Below are positions 33,594 through 42,546 of a stretch of 64,000 nt of DNA, piece by piece. The notes under the pieces were generated by a model. That model had not been told where the DNA came from and did not search any database. It saw only the letters and a list, made by a program, of their open reading frames with translations. The position numbers and the translations under genes were made by a program. Source of the stretch: Prochlorococcus sp. AG-355-B18 (lineage in GTDB: Bacteria > Cyanobacteriota > Cyanobacteriia > PCC-6307 > Cyanobiaceae); the NCBI GenBank assembly GCA_003280965.1, contig QCDI01000003.1, forward strand, positions 1-64,000, written 5' to 3'. Within the stretch, counting starts at the first letter, position 1; each line of letters opens with the position of its first letter.

Positions 33594-34136
33594 TCTGGGA
33601 AGATTTCTTGATTTTGATTGAACTTGTTGGTTTGATTGAACTCTTGAAGTATTATTCTCTTTTTCTGAAGCTCTTTGCCATCTTTCAACTTTGAAATCCA
33701 TTTCATCTGGCCAATCTTCGTCCTTACTCTCTCTCACATAAGGTAATTTTTTTTGCTCAGTTGTCTGTATATTTTTTGGTCGCCTTAAAGATATTGCTTC
33801 TAAAGGTCTTTTTGAGTGCTGTTTAGCAGATTCATAAAAATTTGATTCTCTAGAAAATGTCTTAATATCGCTGTTATCATCGTAAAAATTCTCATCATCC
33901 CAATCATCATTTTCTTCATCAAAAAATAAATCCACTTTTTCAGATACCCATCTTCCTACTTTTTTCACACTCTTACTTGTTATTCCTTGAAAATCTGAGT
34001 TCCTTCTTTTTCCTGGTCTAGCACCAGATACTCCATCAACAAATTGTCTTCCAGTTTCGAAAATTTTATCAACCTGTTTATCAACAATATTTTTATCAAA
34101 ACTATTTCTAAGATTTCTGATTCTCCTTGAATCCAT
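33573..34136 (-). CDS. Hypothetical, largely disordered charged protein
   Basis: 187-aa ORF with acidic D/E patches and an Arg-rich C-terminus; no catalytic or helicase motifs. Confidence 0.75.
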   Translation of the reverse strand: MDSRRIRNLRNSFDKNIVDKQVDKIFETGRQFVDGVSGARPGKRRNSDFQGITSKSVKKVGRWVSEKVDLFFDEENDDWDDENFYDDNSDIKTFSRESNFYESAKQHSKRPLEAISLRRPKNIQTTEQKKLPYVRESKDEDWPDEMDFKVERWQRASEKENNTSRVQSNQQVQSKSRNLPRSRRRRV

Positions 34137-34219
34137 AAATTATTTTGCTTTTTAAAATATAAATTACATTAAAAAAATAAATAATTCCAAAAATAGAAAC
34201 AAAAACACATCTTATATTT

Positions 34220-34747
34220 TTAATCAAACAAAATTAAACAGTTTTTATTCCATGATCCATTAAAGAAATTTACACAACATTTTTTACAGGCAATATTCTT
34301 TATCCTTTTCCTGTAGAAAAATTTCTCACCACAATTTTGACAAGTTCCTATGTATTTTAATTCTCTCCTTTCAATAGGAAATGAGTGCCTCACAGAAATT
34401 TGAAAATTCTTCTCTTTCTCATTAATTTCATTCATCTTTTCTAAGAAATTTGGACCATGTATCTCATTTTTTTTTAATATCCTATCTACCCATGCATGAA
34501 TCATTTCATGACATAAAGTACTGTTTATTTCACTAGTAGATAATTTACTCAAAATAGGTTTCGATAAGATAATTTCAGAATCTATAAAACCATTAATACG
34601 TTTTCTTTTATAAAAACCAGCAGTAGTTTTTAATCTATTATCACTCCATCTAACATTTACTAAAGGGAGATTATTAACCGTTAAAGAATTTTCAAAATAT
34701 TGGCTATTAAATCTATGAAATAAGGGTAAAAGAGGAATTACAGGCAT
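34220..34747 (-). CDS. SprT-family zinc metalloprotease
   Basis: RLKTTAG, LCHEMIH (HExxH), HGPNF and a C-terminal CQNC...CKKC zinc ribbon. Confidence 0.9.
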   Translation of the reverse strand: MPVIPLLPLFHRFNSQYFENSLTVNNLPLVNVRWSDNRLKTTAGFYKRKRINGFIDSEIILSKPILSKLSTSEINSTLCHEMIHAWVDRILKKNEIHGPNFLEKMNEINEKEKNFQISVRHSFPIERRELKYIGTCQNCGEKFFYRKRIKNIACKKCCVNFFNGSWNKNCLILFD

Positions 34748-34832
34748 TATGGATTAAAATTAGTATTATTTTGACAAAAAAAGCCATCAAAAACGATTTC
34801 TTTTCTTAAAGTAATAAAAAATTCAAACTAAC

Positions 34833-35252
34833 ATGGATGCAACACTAGTTAAAGATATCGGAATTAAAGCATTATTAGTTGGCGGAGCTGTACTAGTTTC
34901 TTTTTGGACTTTTAATGCAGTCAAATTAGTTATAAGCGCCAGAGGAATTAATCCATTAGTAAGAAAGTTTTTTGATCAAATAGCTGCAGGCAGAATTGAT
35001 GCAGCTTATGGTTTGACTACAAAAACTTATAAAACTCACGTTAAACGCCAAGACTTTCTTAAATTTTTAGCTAGTTTAAACCTCAATAAATACAGAAATT
35101 TAAAATCAGGAAGGCCTAGAGTCCAAGAAGATCAAATCATTATAACTTTGAATTTAAAATCAGAAGACAAACAAGATGAGCTCCCATTAGATTTTACTTT
35201 TGCAAAAACTGACAATGATTGGAAAATAGACAGAATAGCTAAAGTGAATTAA
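34833..35252 (+). CDS. Hypothetical membrane-anchored protein with a probable NTF2-like domain
   Basis: N-terminal hydrophobic helix, FFDQIAAGRIDAAYGLTT helix pattern and terminal DWKIDRI strand. Confidence 0.7.
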   Translation: MDATLVKDIGIKALLVGGAVLVSFWTFNAVKLVISARGINPLVRKFFDQIAAGRIDAAYGLTTKTYKTHVKRQDFLKFLASLNLNKYRNLKSGRPRVQEDQIIITLNLKSEDKQDELPLDFTFAKTDNDWKIDRIAKVN

Positions 35253-35261
35253 TAATCTCTT

Positions 35262-36590
35262 GTGAGGCACAAAGAATTGTTTAAAGAAGCAATAATACAT
35301 CAATTAGAATTACACCCAAGTAGATTAGATAAAGAAAAAATCATCTCAGAAGCAATGGAAGAAGGTCTAGATGATTTTTTTGAAGGTATTCGTATGGCAC
35401 TTGATCCATTAGTAACTTTTGGTGTAAAAATTGTCCCTGAGAAAGAGACTGAAAAAAGTCAAAATTTTTTATGGGAAGATTTTAGAAAATTAGCCAATAA
35501 GCTTATTCAAAGAGAACTTACTGGTCACGCTGCTCGCGATGCAATTCATACGGCTATGGAATCTGCAACAAAAGAAGAGTGGAATGGATTTTATAGACGA
35601 GTTTTAATTAAAGATCTTAGATGTGGTGTATCTGAAAAAACAATCAACAAGATAGCAAAGAAATTTCCCAAATATGCTATTCCTATTTTTTCTTGTCCTT
35701 TAGCTCATGACAGTGCAAATCATGAAAAAAAAATGATAGGGAAAAAGCAAATTGAAATCAAATTAGATGGTGTACGCGTCTTAACTATTATTAGACAAAA
35801 TAAAGTAGAAATGTTTTCTCGTAATGGGAAACAATTCCATAATTTTGGTCATATTATCTCAGAGATAGAAAACGCCTTAAAAGAAGACCCAGCACCTTAT
35901 GACTTAGTACTCGATGGTGAAGTGATGAGCGCTAACTTTCAAGATTTAATGAAACAGGTACATAGAAAAGATGGCAAACAAACCAAAGACGCAGTTCTCC
36001 ACCTATTTGACTTATGCCCCCTTGAAAACTTTCAAAAAGGTAGATGGAACACTAGTCAAACAAAAAGAAGTTTATTAGTAAAAGAATGGGTAGCAAAACA
36101 TTCTATACTTCTAAAACATATACAAACACTTGAATGGGAAAATGTAGATCTCGACACTATTGAAGGACAAAAAAGATTTATAGAGCTGAATAAATCTGCT
36201 GTTGAAGGTGGGTATGAAGGAGTAATGATTAAAGATCCTGATGCTATGTATGAATGTAAAAGAACACACAGTTGGTTAAAAGCAAAACCTTTCATTGAAG
36301 TCACTTTAAAAGTTGTATCGGTTGAGGAAGGTACAGGACGCAACAAAGGGAGACTGGGAGCAATCCTGGTAGAAGGAGAAGATGATGGGTATAAATACAG
36401 TCTTAGTTGCGGAAGCGGATTTAGCGATATTCAGCGTGAAGAATATTGGTCAAAACGTAATCATCTCGTTGGTCAACTTGTAGAAATCAGAGCTGATGCA
36501 AAAACTAAGTCAAAGGATGCAGTGGCTTTTAGTCTTAGGTTTCCTAGATTTAAATGCTTTAGAGGATTTAAAGATGGAGAAAAAGTTTAA
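35262..36590 (+). CDS. ATP-dependent DNA ligase with N-terminal DNA-binding, adenylation and OB domains (start GTG 35262 or TTG 35277)
   Basis: Motif I EIKLDGVR, III VLDGEV, IIIa LHLFD, IV YEGVMIK, V WLKAKP and VI SLRFPRF; OB domain with CGSGFSD. Confidence 0.95.
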   Translation: MRHKELFKEAIIHQLELHPSRLDKEKIISEAMEEGLDDFFEGIRMALDPLVTFGVKIVPEKETEKSQNFLWEDFRKLANKLIQRELTGHAARDAIHTAMESATKEEWNGFYRRVLIKDLRCGVSEKTINKIAKKFPKYAIPIFSCPLAHDSANHEKKMIGKKQIEIKLDGVRVLTIIRQNKVEMFSRNGKQFHNFGHIISEIENALKEDPAPYDLVLDGEVMSANFQDLMKQVHRKDGKQTKDAVLHLFDLCPLENFQKGRWNTSQTKRSLLVKEWVAKHSILLKHIQTLEWENVDLDTIEGQKRFIELNKSAVEGGYEGVMIKDPDAMYECKRTHSWLKAKPFIEVTLKVVSVEEGTGRNKGRLGAILVEGEDDGYKYSLSCGSGFSDIQREEYWSKRNHLVGQLVEIRADAKTKSKDAVAFSLRFPRFKCFRGFKDGEKV

Positions 36591-36705
36591 ATTTAAAAAT
36601 AATATTCCACAAAGTAGTCAAAGAAAAATGTGGTTTTTAAATAAAAAAATTAAAAATCTTGGTTATAAAATATAAGAATAATTATCAAGACTTTTTGAGA
36701 GACTT

Positions 36706-36858
36706 ATGACGAATAAAACAGTTTTCAACTTCATAAAAACACCTTGTGGACAGGCAAAATATATCGAATTAGAAGCCAACAAAACTTTACTAGGTAAATT
36801 AAGGCTTTTTTGGTTTATCTTAATTGCATCAATTAGAGATTGGAATATTAAAGAGTAA
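36706..36858 (+). CDS. Small hypothetical protein (50 aa), absent from the ORF track
   Basis: Hand translation: MTNKTVFNFIKTPCGQAKYIELEANKTLLGKLRLFWFILIASIRDWNIKE*. GAGAGA precedes the ATG, and the ORF fills the ligase-DedA gap. Confidence 0.65.
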   Translation: MTNKTVFNFIKTPCGQAKYIELEANKTLLGKLRLFWFILIASIRDWNIKE

Positions 36859-36862
36859 ATTC

Positions 36863-37465
36863 CTAAGATTTTTCAAAATATTCTCTGGAGTATTTAGCTG
36901 AGAAATATACAACTAAAAAAGTTGAAATAATTCCAATACTAGTAATATATAAATTATTTGGTGATTGCACATTTTTTAACTCCTGAATACTTTTTGCCAA
37001 ACTACCTATCGAGCAATAAAGAAAAGTTCCTGGAATTATTCCAAGAAGACCAAGAGCGAAGTCTCTAAATTTAACATTATTCAAACCATAAAAATAATTC
37101 AGAATACTGAAGGGAAATATCGGCGATAGTCTCGCTAAAAAAATTAATTTAAGTCCGCCTTTTTCTACTACTTTTTCCATTAGACTTAATTTTGGATAAC
37201 GACTAAAAAGATTTTTTAGTTTTTTTGCGAAAAAACTTTTTGATACAAAAAAAGCAACTGATGCTCCTATGGAAGCGGAAATAAAAACGATAATTGATCC
37301 TAAATATGAGCCATATAAAAAACCTGATAATAAAGATAACCAAGAGGCTGGAAGTATTAATAATACAATTAAAATATAAATACAAACAAACGAAAAGATC
37401 CCAAAACCAGTATTAAAAAAAAAAGACAAATTATAAATATTTTCAAGAAATATATTCATTTTCAA
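36863..37465 (-). CDS. TVP38/TMEM64 (DedA superfamily, SNARE-associated) membrane protein
   Basis: Multiple TM helices, LPASWLSLLSGFLYG, LARLSPIFPFSILNY and GIIPGT. Start may be the ATG at 37459. Confidence 0.9.
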   Translation of the reverse strand: MKMNIFLENIYNLSFFFNTGFGIFSFVCIYILIVLLILPASWLSLLSGFLYGSYLGSIIVFISASIGASVAFFVSKSFFAKKLKNLFSRYPKLSLMEKVVEKGGLKLIFLARLSPIFPFSILNYFYGLNNVKFRDFALGLLGIIPGTFLYCSIGSLAKSIQELKNVQSPNNLYITSIGIISTFLVVYFSAKYSREYFEKS

Positions 37466-40218
37466 TTCAAAAGTTCGAGTTTTTTAGTAATTCTCTCCTT
37501 TTGCACCGAACCCTCATTTAATTTAAATCTGCATTCATCAACAATATCTTTTGGAGCCTTATCAACGAAATTTTTATTAGATAATCTCTTATTTAAATTT
37601 TCTAATTCAATTGTCACCTTTGTTAAATCCTTGATTAACCTTTCCTTTAATGCATCTATATTTACAAAATCCTGAAAAGGTAAGTAAACCTCTAAATCAC
37701 TAATTATCCCAGAAAAAGATTTAGCAAACTCTTTTTTATCAACAGCATTAGTTTTAAAAATAAATACTTCAGAAGATTTAGTTAAAGTTTGAATATCGTC
37801 AACTAAAGTTTTTAAAAAATCAATCAATTCATCATTGTCTGAAATTAAATATACAGGACCTTTTTCTGATGGCTTAAGACCTAATTCAGCTCTCAAATTT
37901 CTAATCAACCTAATAATTTCAAAGAGTTGCTGAAAAGAATTATCAAGCTTATTATCAACAAATTTATTTTCGTGAATTGGCCATTTTTGAAGAGATAATA
38001 ATGTATTATCTGGTTTTAGTTGCAGCACGTGCCAAAGTTCCTCAGTTATGTGCGGCATAAAAGGATGAATCATTACCAAAATATCATTGAGCACTTTAAT
38101 TAAAACTTTTTCAGATATTTGTCTATTTTTAGTCTCTTTATTATTAAACCTTTGTTTAGCAAATTCTACATACCAGTCACAAAAATCATTCCATGCAAAT
38201 TCATATAAAAGTTTCGCAGATTCTCCCAATTTATATTCTTTCAACAAAGCAGCGACTTTTATATTTACCTGATTCAATTTCGATAAAATCCACTTATCAC
38301 ATAACTCTAAAGAAGTTTCATCATTCTCATTAAGCGAATAATTATTGTTAGAAGTTTTATTAATTAAAACAAATTTAGTTGCATTCCATAATTTATTTGC
38401 AAAATTTCTTGAAGCTTCAACAGTTGAAGATGTATCTTTTTTCCTATCAAAATCAAGCCGGATATCTTGTCCAGCGCCTGCAACTTCTCGAATTAAAGCA
38501 AATCGTAGAGCATCAGAACCATATTTATCAATTAATAGTATTGGATCAATACCATTACCTGAACTTTTACTCATTTTTTTATTATTTTCATCTCGAACTA
38601 GACCATGAATATAAACATCCTTAAAAGGAATATTATTCGTAAAAGTATTACCCATCATTGTCATTCTGGCCACCCAGAAGAAAATAATATCGAAACCAGT
38701 AACAAGAACATTATTTGGATACCATTTTTTAAAATCCGGATCATTTGTATTTGGCCAACCAAGAGTTGAGAAAGGCCATAAACCACTTGAAAACCATGTA
38801 TCCAAAACATCTTTATCACGAACCAATTTAATATTTAATCCAAATTTTTTATTAGCTTCGATTAAGGCATCTTCTTCATTTCTTGCAACAATATATGGAG
38901 TATTTTGTTCTATTGAGTCTTGAGAGTCATCTAAAACATACCATGCTGGTATTTGGTGCCCCCACCACAATTGCCTACTGATACACCAATCATTAATATT
39001 CTCTAACCAATCCTTATAAACTTTCTCCCAACGTGGAGGAATAAACGATGGTCTTTTAGAATCAATTTCATTAAGACATCCTTGTGATATGTCATCCATT
39101 TTCAAAAACCATTGTGTTGACAATAAAGGTTCAATTGGTACCTTACCTCTATCAGAAAAAGGAACAGTATGTTTATAATCCTCTATCTTTGTCAAAAGGC
39201 CTAAGTTATCCAATTCTTTGATAATTTTCTTTCTAGCCTCATATCTATCTAAATTTTGAAAAATACCTGCATTAATATTTAAAGTTCCATCTTTGTTCAT
39301 TACATTAATCTGTTTTAAATTATGCCTTTTTCCTATTGCAAAATCATTTGGATCATGGGCTGGAGTAACCTTCACACAACCAGTACCAAAATCTTTATCA
39401 ACATGTGAATCAGCGATAATAGGTATTTCTCTATCAACGAAAGGGACTTTTACTTTGACACCAATAAATTCTTTATATCTATCATCATCAGGATTAACTG
39501 CCACAGCAGTATCACCCAAAAGAGTTTCTGGTCTTGTTGTTGCAACTTCTAAATACTTATCTAACTGTTCACCACTTTCAGAAAGTATAGGGTATTTAAA
39601 ATGCCATAAATGACCATTTACTTCTTGCATTTCAACTTCAAGATCACTTACGGCAGATTGAGATTCAGGACACCAATTAACCAAATATTCGCCTCTATAA
39701 ATTAAATTCTTTTTGTAGAGAATATTAAAAGCCTCAATAACTGCTTCATTTAATTTTTGATCAAGAGTAAATCTTTCTCTAGTCCAGTCAACTGAATATC
39801 CTATCCTTTTTAATTGAGAAACTATTCTTCCACCACTTTGTTCTTTCCAATTCCATGCTCTTTTAAGAAATTCATCTCTTCCAATATCCTCGCTTGTTTT
39901 GCCTTCACTTTTTAATTGTTTTTCGAGAATAGTTTGAACAGCTATTGAAGCATGATCAGTTCCTGGTAAACACAAAACATTCTTACCTAAAAGTCTTTGA
40001 AAACGTACTACAACATCTATCAAAGCAGTATTAAATGCATGCCCCATATGCAAAGATCCAGTTACATTTGGTGGCGGAATAACAACACAAAAAGGCTCCC
40101 CATCATCCTCAGGGGTAGGACTAAACGCCTTAAGACTTTCCCACTTTTCTTGCCACTTTTTCTCTACTTCAAAAGGTGAATAATTCTCTAAAGATAATTG
40201 ATCATTCATCTCTGTCAT
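37462..40218 (-). CDS. valS: Valine--tRNA ligase
   Basis: PPPNVTGSLHMGH, ATTRPET, WCISRQLWWGH, KMSKS and a C-terminal coiled coil. Confidence 0.98.
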   Translation of the reverse strand: MTEMNDQLSLENYSPFEVEKKWQEKWESLKAFSPTPEDDGEPFCVVIPPPNVTGSLHMGHAFNTALIDVVVRFQRLLGKNVLCLPGTDHASIAVQTILEKQLKSEGKTSEDIGRDEFLKRAWNWKEQSGGRIVSQLKRIGYSVDWTRERFTLDQKLNEAVIEAFNILYKKNLIYRGEYLVNWCPESQSAVSDLEVEMQEVNGHLWHFKYPILSESGEQLDKYLEVATTRPETLLGDTAVAVNPDDDRYKEFIGVKVKVPFVDREIPIIADSHVDKDFGTGCVKVTPAHDPNDFAIGKRHNLKQINVMNKDGTLNINAGIFQNLDRYEARKKIIKELDNLGLLTKIEDYKHTVPFSDRGKVPIEPLLSTQWFLKMDDISQGCLNEIDSKRPSFIPPRWEKVYKDWLENINDWCISRQLWWGHQIPAWYVLDDSQDSIEQNTPYIVARNEEDALIEANKKFGLNIKLVRDKDVLDTWFSSGLWPFSTLGWPNTNDPDFKKWYPNNVLVTGFDIIFFWVARMTMMGNTFTNNIPFKDVYIHGLVRDENNKKMSKSSGNGIDPILLIDKYGSDALRFALIREVAGAGQDIRLDFDRKKDTSSTVEASRNFANKLWNATKFVLINKTSNNNYSLNENDETSLELCDKWILSKLNQVNIKVAALLKEYKLGESAKLLYEFAWNDFCDWYVEFAKQRFNNKETKNRQISEKVLIKVLNDILVMIHPFMPHITEELWHVLQLKPDNTLLSLQKWPIHENKFVDNKLDNSFQQLFEIIRLIRNLRAELGLKPSEKGPVYLISDNDELIDFLKTLVDDIQTLTKSSEVFIFKTNAVDKKEFAKSFSGIISDLEVYLPFQDFVNIDALKERLIKDLTKVTIELENLNKRLSNKNFVDKAPKDIVDECRFKLNEGSVQKERITKKLELLN

Positions 40219-40314
40219 GTGGAAATTTTATTTCAGTAAACTTTTTGTTTATTTTATCTTGAGAGCAGCCAATTAATGAAAATAATATTAGTTTGCAAAA
40301 AAGACTCATTCATT

Positions 40315-40656
40315 CTACAAAAGTTTGAAGCCAGAACCACAGGAACAACGTTTTGCATTTTTTGGTGTTGAAATAAGAAATCCACCACCGCTCAAATCTC
40401 CGTAATAATCTAATTTTAAATCTTTCAGTAAATTAAACTTTTTTACATCCGCGTATAAAGTTACTCCTTCAGTTCTTGAAATAGGGGATCCATTACATGT
40501 ACCTGGCCTTAATTTAATATGCATCCATCCTTCGGAACAATTTTTATCCTCTACCAAATCAATCGACATTTCTCCTGGAGAACCTCCAAAAGAAGCTTGC
40601 CTAGATAGTTCTGAAGCAGCGCTTTGACTGATTGAAAGATTGACGATCTCAGTCAT
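40315..40656 (-). CDS. HesB/IscA-like Fe-S carrier family protein
   Basis: ISQSAA start, LKLDY and PKNAKRCSCGSGF C-terminus. ATG at 40656 is chosen because the longer ORF overlaps the tRNA. Confidence 0.8.
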   Translation of the reverse strand: MTEIVNLSISQSAASELSRQASFGGSPGEMSIDLVEDKNCSEGWMHIKLRPGTCNGSPISRTEGVTLYADVKKFNLLKDLKLDYYGDLSGGGFLISTPKNAKRCSCGSGFKLL

Positions 40657-40671
40657 TAGAAAAATAATAAA

Positions 40672-40743
<72 letters not shown>

Positions 40744-40842
40744 TTATGATAAATCATTCTAATAGATGAAGTTGAAAAATTTATACAAAGTATTTAAATA
40801 TTTCATGATTGAGGCAAAATTTAATTAATAAAAATTTATCCT

Positions 40843-41697
40843 ATGTCCTCAAACAATAGATATAAATTGGAAAACAATTCCGATTTAGAGACTATAAATA
40901 GTTTTAAAATCTTAATATCTAATATCAAAGCATTAAAAGATAAAACTTGGGGCTGCCCATGGCAAAAAATACAGTCTCATATATCGTTGATCCCATTTTT
41001 GTATGAAGAAAGTAATGAATTTATAGATGCGGTATATGAAAAAAATGCAGATAACATATGTGAAGAGTTAGGAGATATTTTATTACAAGTAATGCTTCAT
41101 GCTGAAATCGGTTACGAAGAAAAAGAATTTGCACTAAGTGATGTTATAAAAAATCTAAATAAGAAAATTATTAATAGACATCCATATATTTTTAACAAAA
41201 AAGAAAAAGTATCATTAAAAAAATCACAACAGATTTGGGTAAATATAAAAAATTTAGAAAAAGAAGCGCCTCATATGGAATCTTCAATTAGTAGGAATTT
41301 AAGTTTGAAAATTAAAAATTTACCGCCAACGGTTGGAACAGATAAAATCACAAATAGTGTTAAAGAACATGGTTTCAAGTGGGAAAGTACTGATGAGATT
41401 TTTAAAAAGTTAGAAGAAGAGATTAATGAATTAAAAGAGGCAATTAAATGCAAAAATGATTCAGAAATAAAAAATGAATTTGGAGATATTTACTTTACCC
41501 TTCTTAATCTCTCAAACTTTTTAAAGATTAATCCTGAATCAGCTCTTCAAAAAACTAATATAAAATTTTTAGACAGATTTTCAATCGTCGAAGAGCATGC
41601 AGGAGATAATATTAAAAAACAAACTCCTAGAGACTTTCAACGGCTTTGGCAAATAGCCAAACAAAAACTGGCAGGAAAAATTCCTAAAAGCAAATGA
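40843..41697 (+). CDS. mazG: Nucleoside triphosphate pyrophosphohydrolase with tandem MazG domains
   Basis: GCPWQ, EESNE, EELGDILLQV, KIINRHP, EEEINEL and EFGD. Confidence 0.93.
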   Translation: MSSNNRYKLENNSDLETINSFKILISNIKALKDKTWGCPWQKIQSHISLIPFLYEESNEFIDAVYEKNADNICEELGDILLQVMLHAEIGYEEKEFALSDVIKNLNKKIINRHPYIFNKKEKVSLKKSQQIWVNIKNLEKEAPHMESSISRNLSLKIKNLPPTVGTDKITNSVKEHGFKWESTDEIFKKLEEEINELKEAIKCKNDSEIKNEFGDIYFTLLNLSNFLKINPESALQKTNIKFLDRFSIVEEHAGDNIKKQTPRDFQRLWQIAKQKLAGKIPKSK

Positions 41698-42545
41698 CAA
41701 ATATTACAACATGGATAGATGAATATCATAAAGGCTCAAGATTCGGCCTAAATGGGAAAATTTTAATTAAAAAAACCTCAAAATATCAAGAAATTCTTGT
41801 TATTGAAAATGAATATTATGGTAAAGCTTTAATGTTAGATGGTTGCTGGATGACATCATCAAAAGACGAGAAATATTATCATGAGTGTCTTGTGCATCCT
41901 GCATTAACTAGTATTGATGAAAAATCTAAAGTACTAATTATTGGCGGAGGTGACGGTGGTACTGTAAGAGAATGCGTTAAATATTCTCAAATATCAAAAA
42001 TTGATCTAGTAGAAATTGATGAGGAGGTAATCAAAATATCTAAAAAATTTCTAAAAGAAATTGGAGGCGAAGCATGGAATGATAAAAGATTAGAAATACA
42101 TGTTGATGATGGCGTTAAATGGGTAAAAAAAACAAAAGATAATTTTTACGACGTTATATTTATAGATTGTTCAGATCCCTCGGAATTTTCAAGTTTATTA
42201 TTTTCAGATTCATTTTATAAAGAATGTAAAAGAATACTTTCACCAAGAGGGATATTAGCAACGCAAAGCGAATCTCCTGAATCCTTCAAAAATATTCACA
42301 TAAATATTTTGAAAACCTTAAAAAATATATTTAAAGTTTCTGAAACTATGTATTCCTTCGTGCCTATATATCCAAGCGGGATTTGGAGTTGGACATTTGC
42401 TTCTTCAGAAAATCTAAATTTATCAAAGCAAAGTTATGATGAAGTCCTAAAAATAGAAAAAGGATGTGAAATTTGGAATTTAAATTTTCAAAATGCAGCA
42501 TTTAAAATGATGCCAAATAAAATTGTAAAAGAACTAGATTCATAA
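41694..42545 (+). CDS. speE: Polyamine aminopropyltransferase (spermidine synthase family)
   Basis: SKYQEI, YHECLVHP, VLIIGGGDGGTVRE, VEIDEEV, DCSDP and VPIYPSGIW. Confidence 0.94.
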   Translation: MTNITTWIDEYHKGSRFGLNGKILIKKTSKYQEILVIENEYYGKALMLDGCWMTSSKDEKYYHECLVHPALTSIDEKSKVLIIGGGDGGTVRECVKYSQISKIDLVEIDEEVIKISKKFLKEIGGEAWNDKRLEIHVDDGVKWVKKTKDNFYDVIFIDCSDPSEFSSLLFSDSFYKECKRILSPRGILATQSESPESFKNIHINILKTLKNIFKVSETMYSFVPIYPSGIWSWTFASSENLNLSKQSYDEVLKIEKGCEIWNLNFQNAAFKMMPNKIVKELDS

Positions 42546-42546
42546 G

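Noticed and set aside
40219..40314. T-box riboswitch upstream of valS
   Set aside because: The gap is only 96 bp, and I see no T-box consensus or terminator/antiterminator.
40843..41697. mazG as a toxin-antitoxin or anti-phage component
   Set aside because: It is the tandem-domain housekeeping type, with no mazE/mazF or defence genes adjacent.
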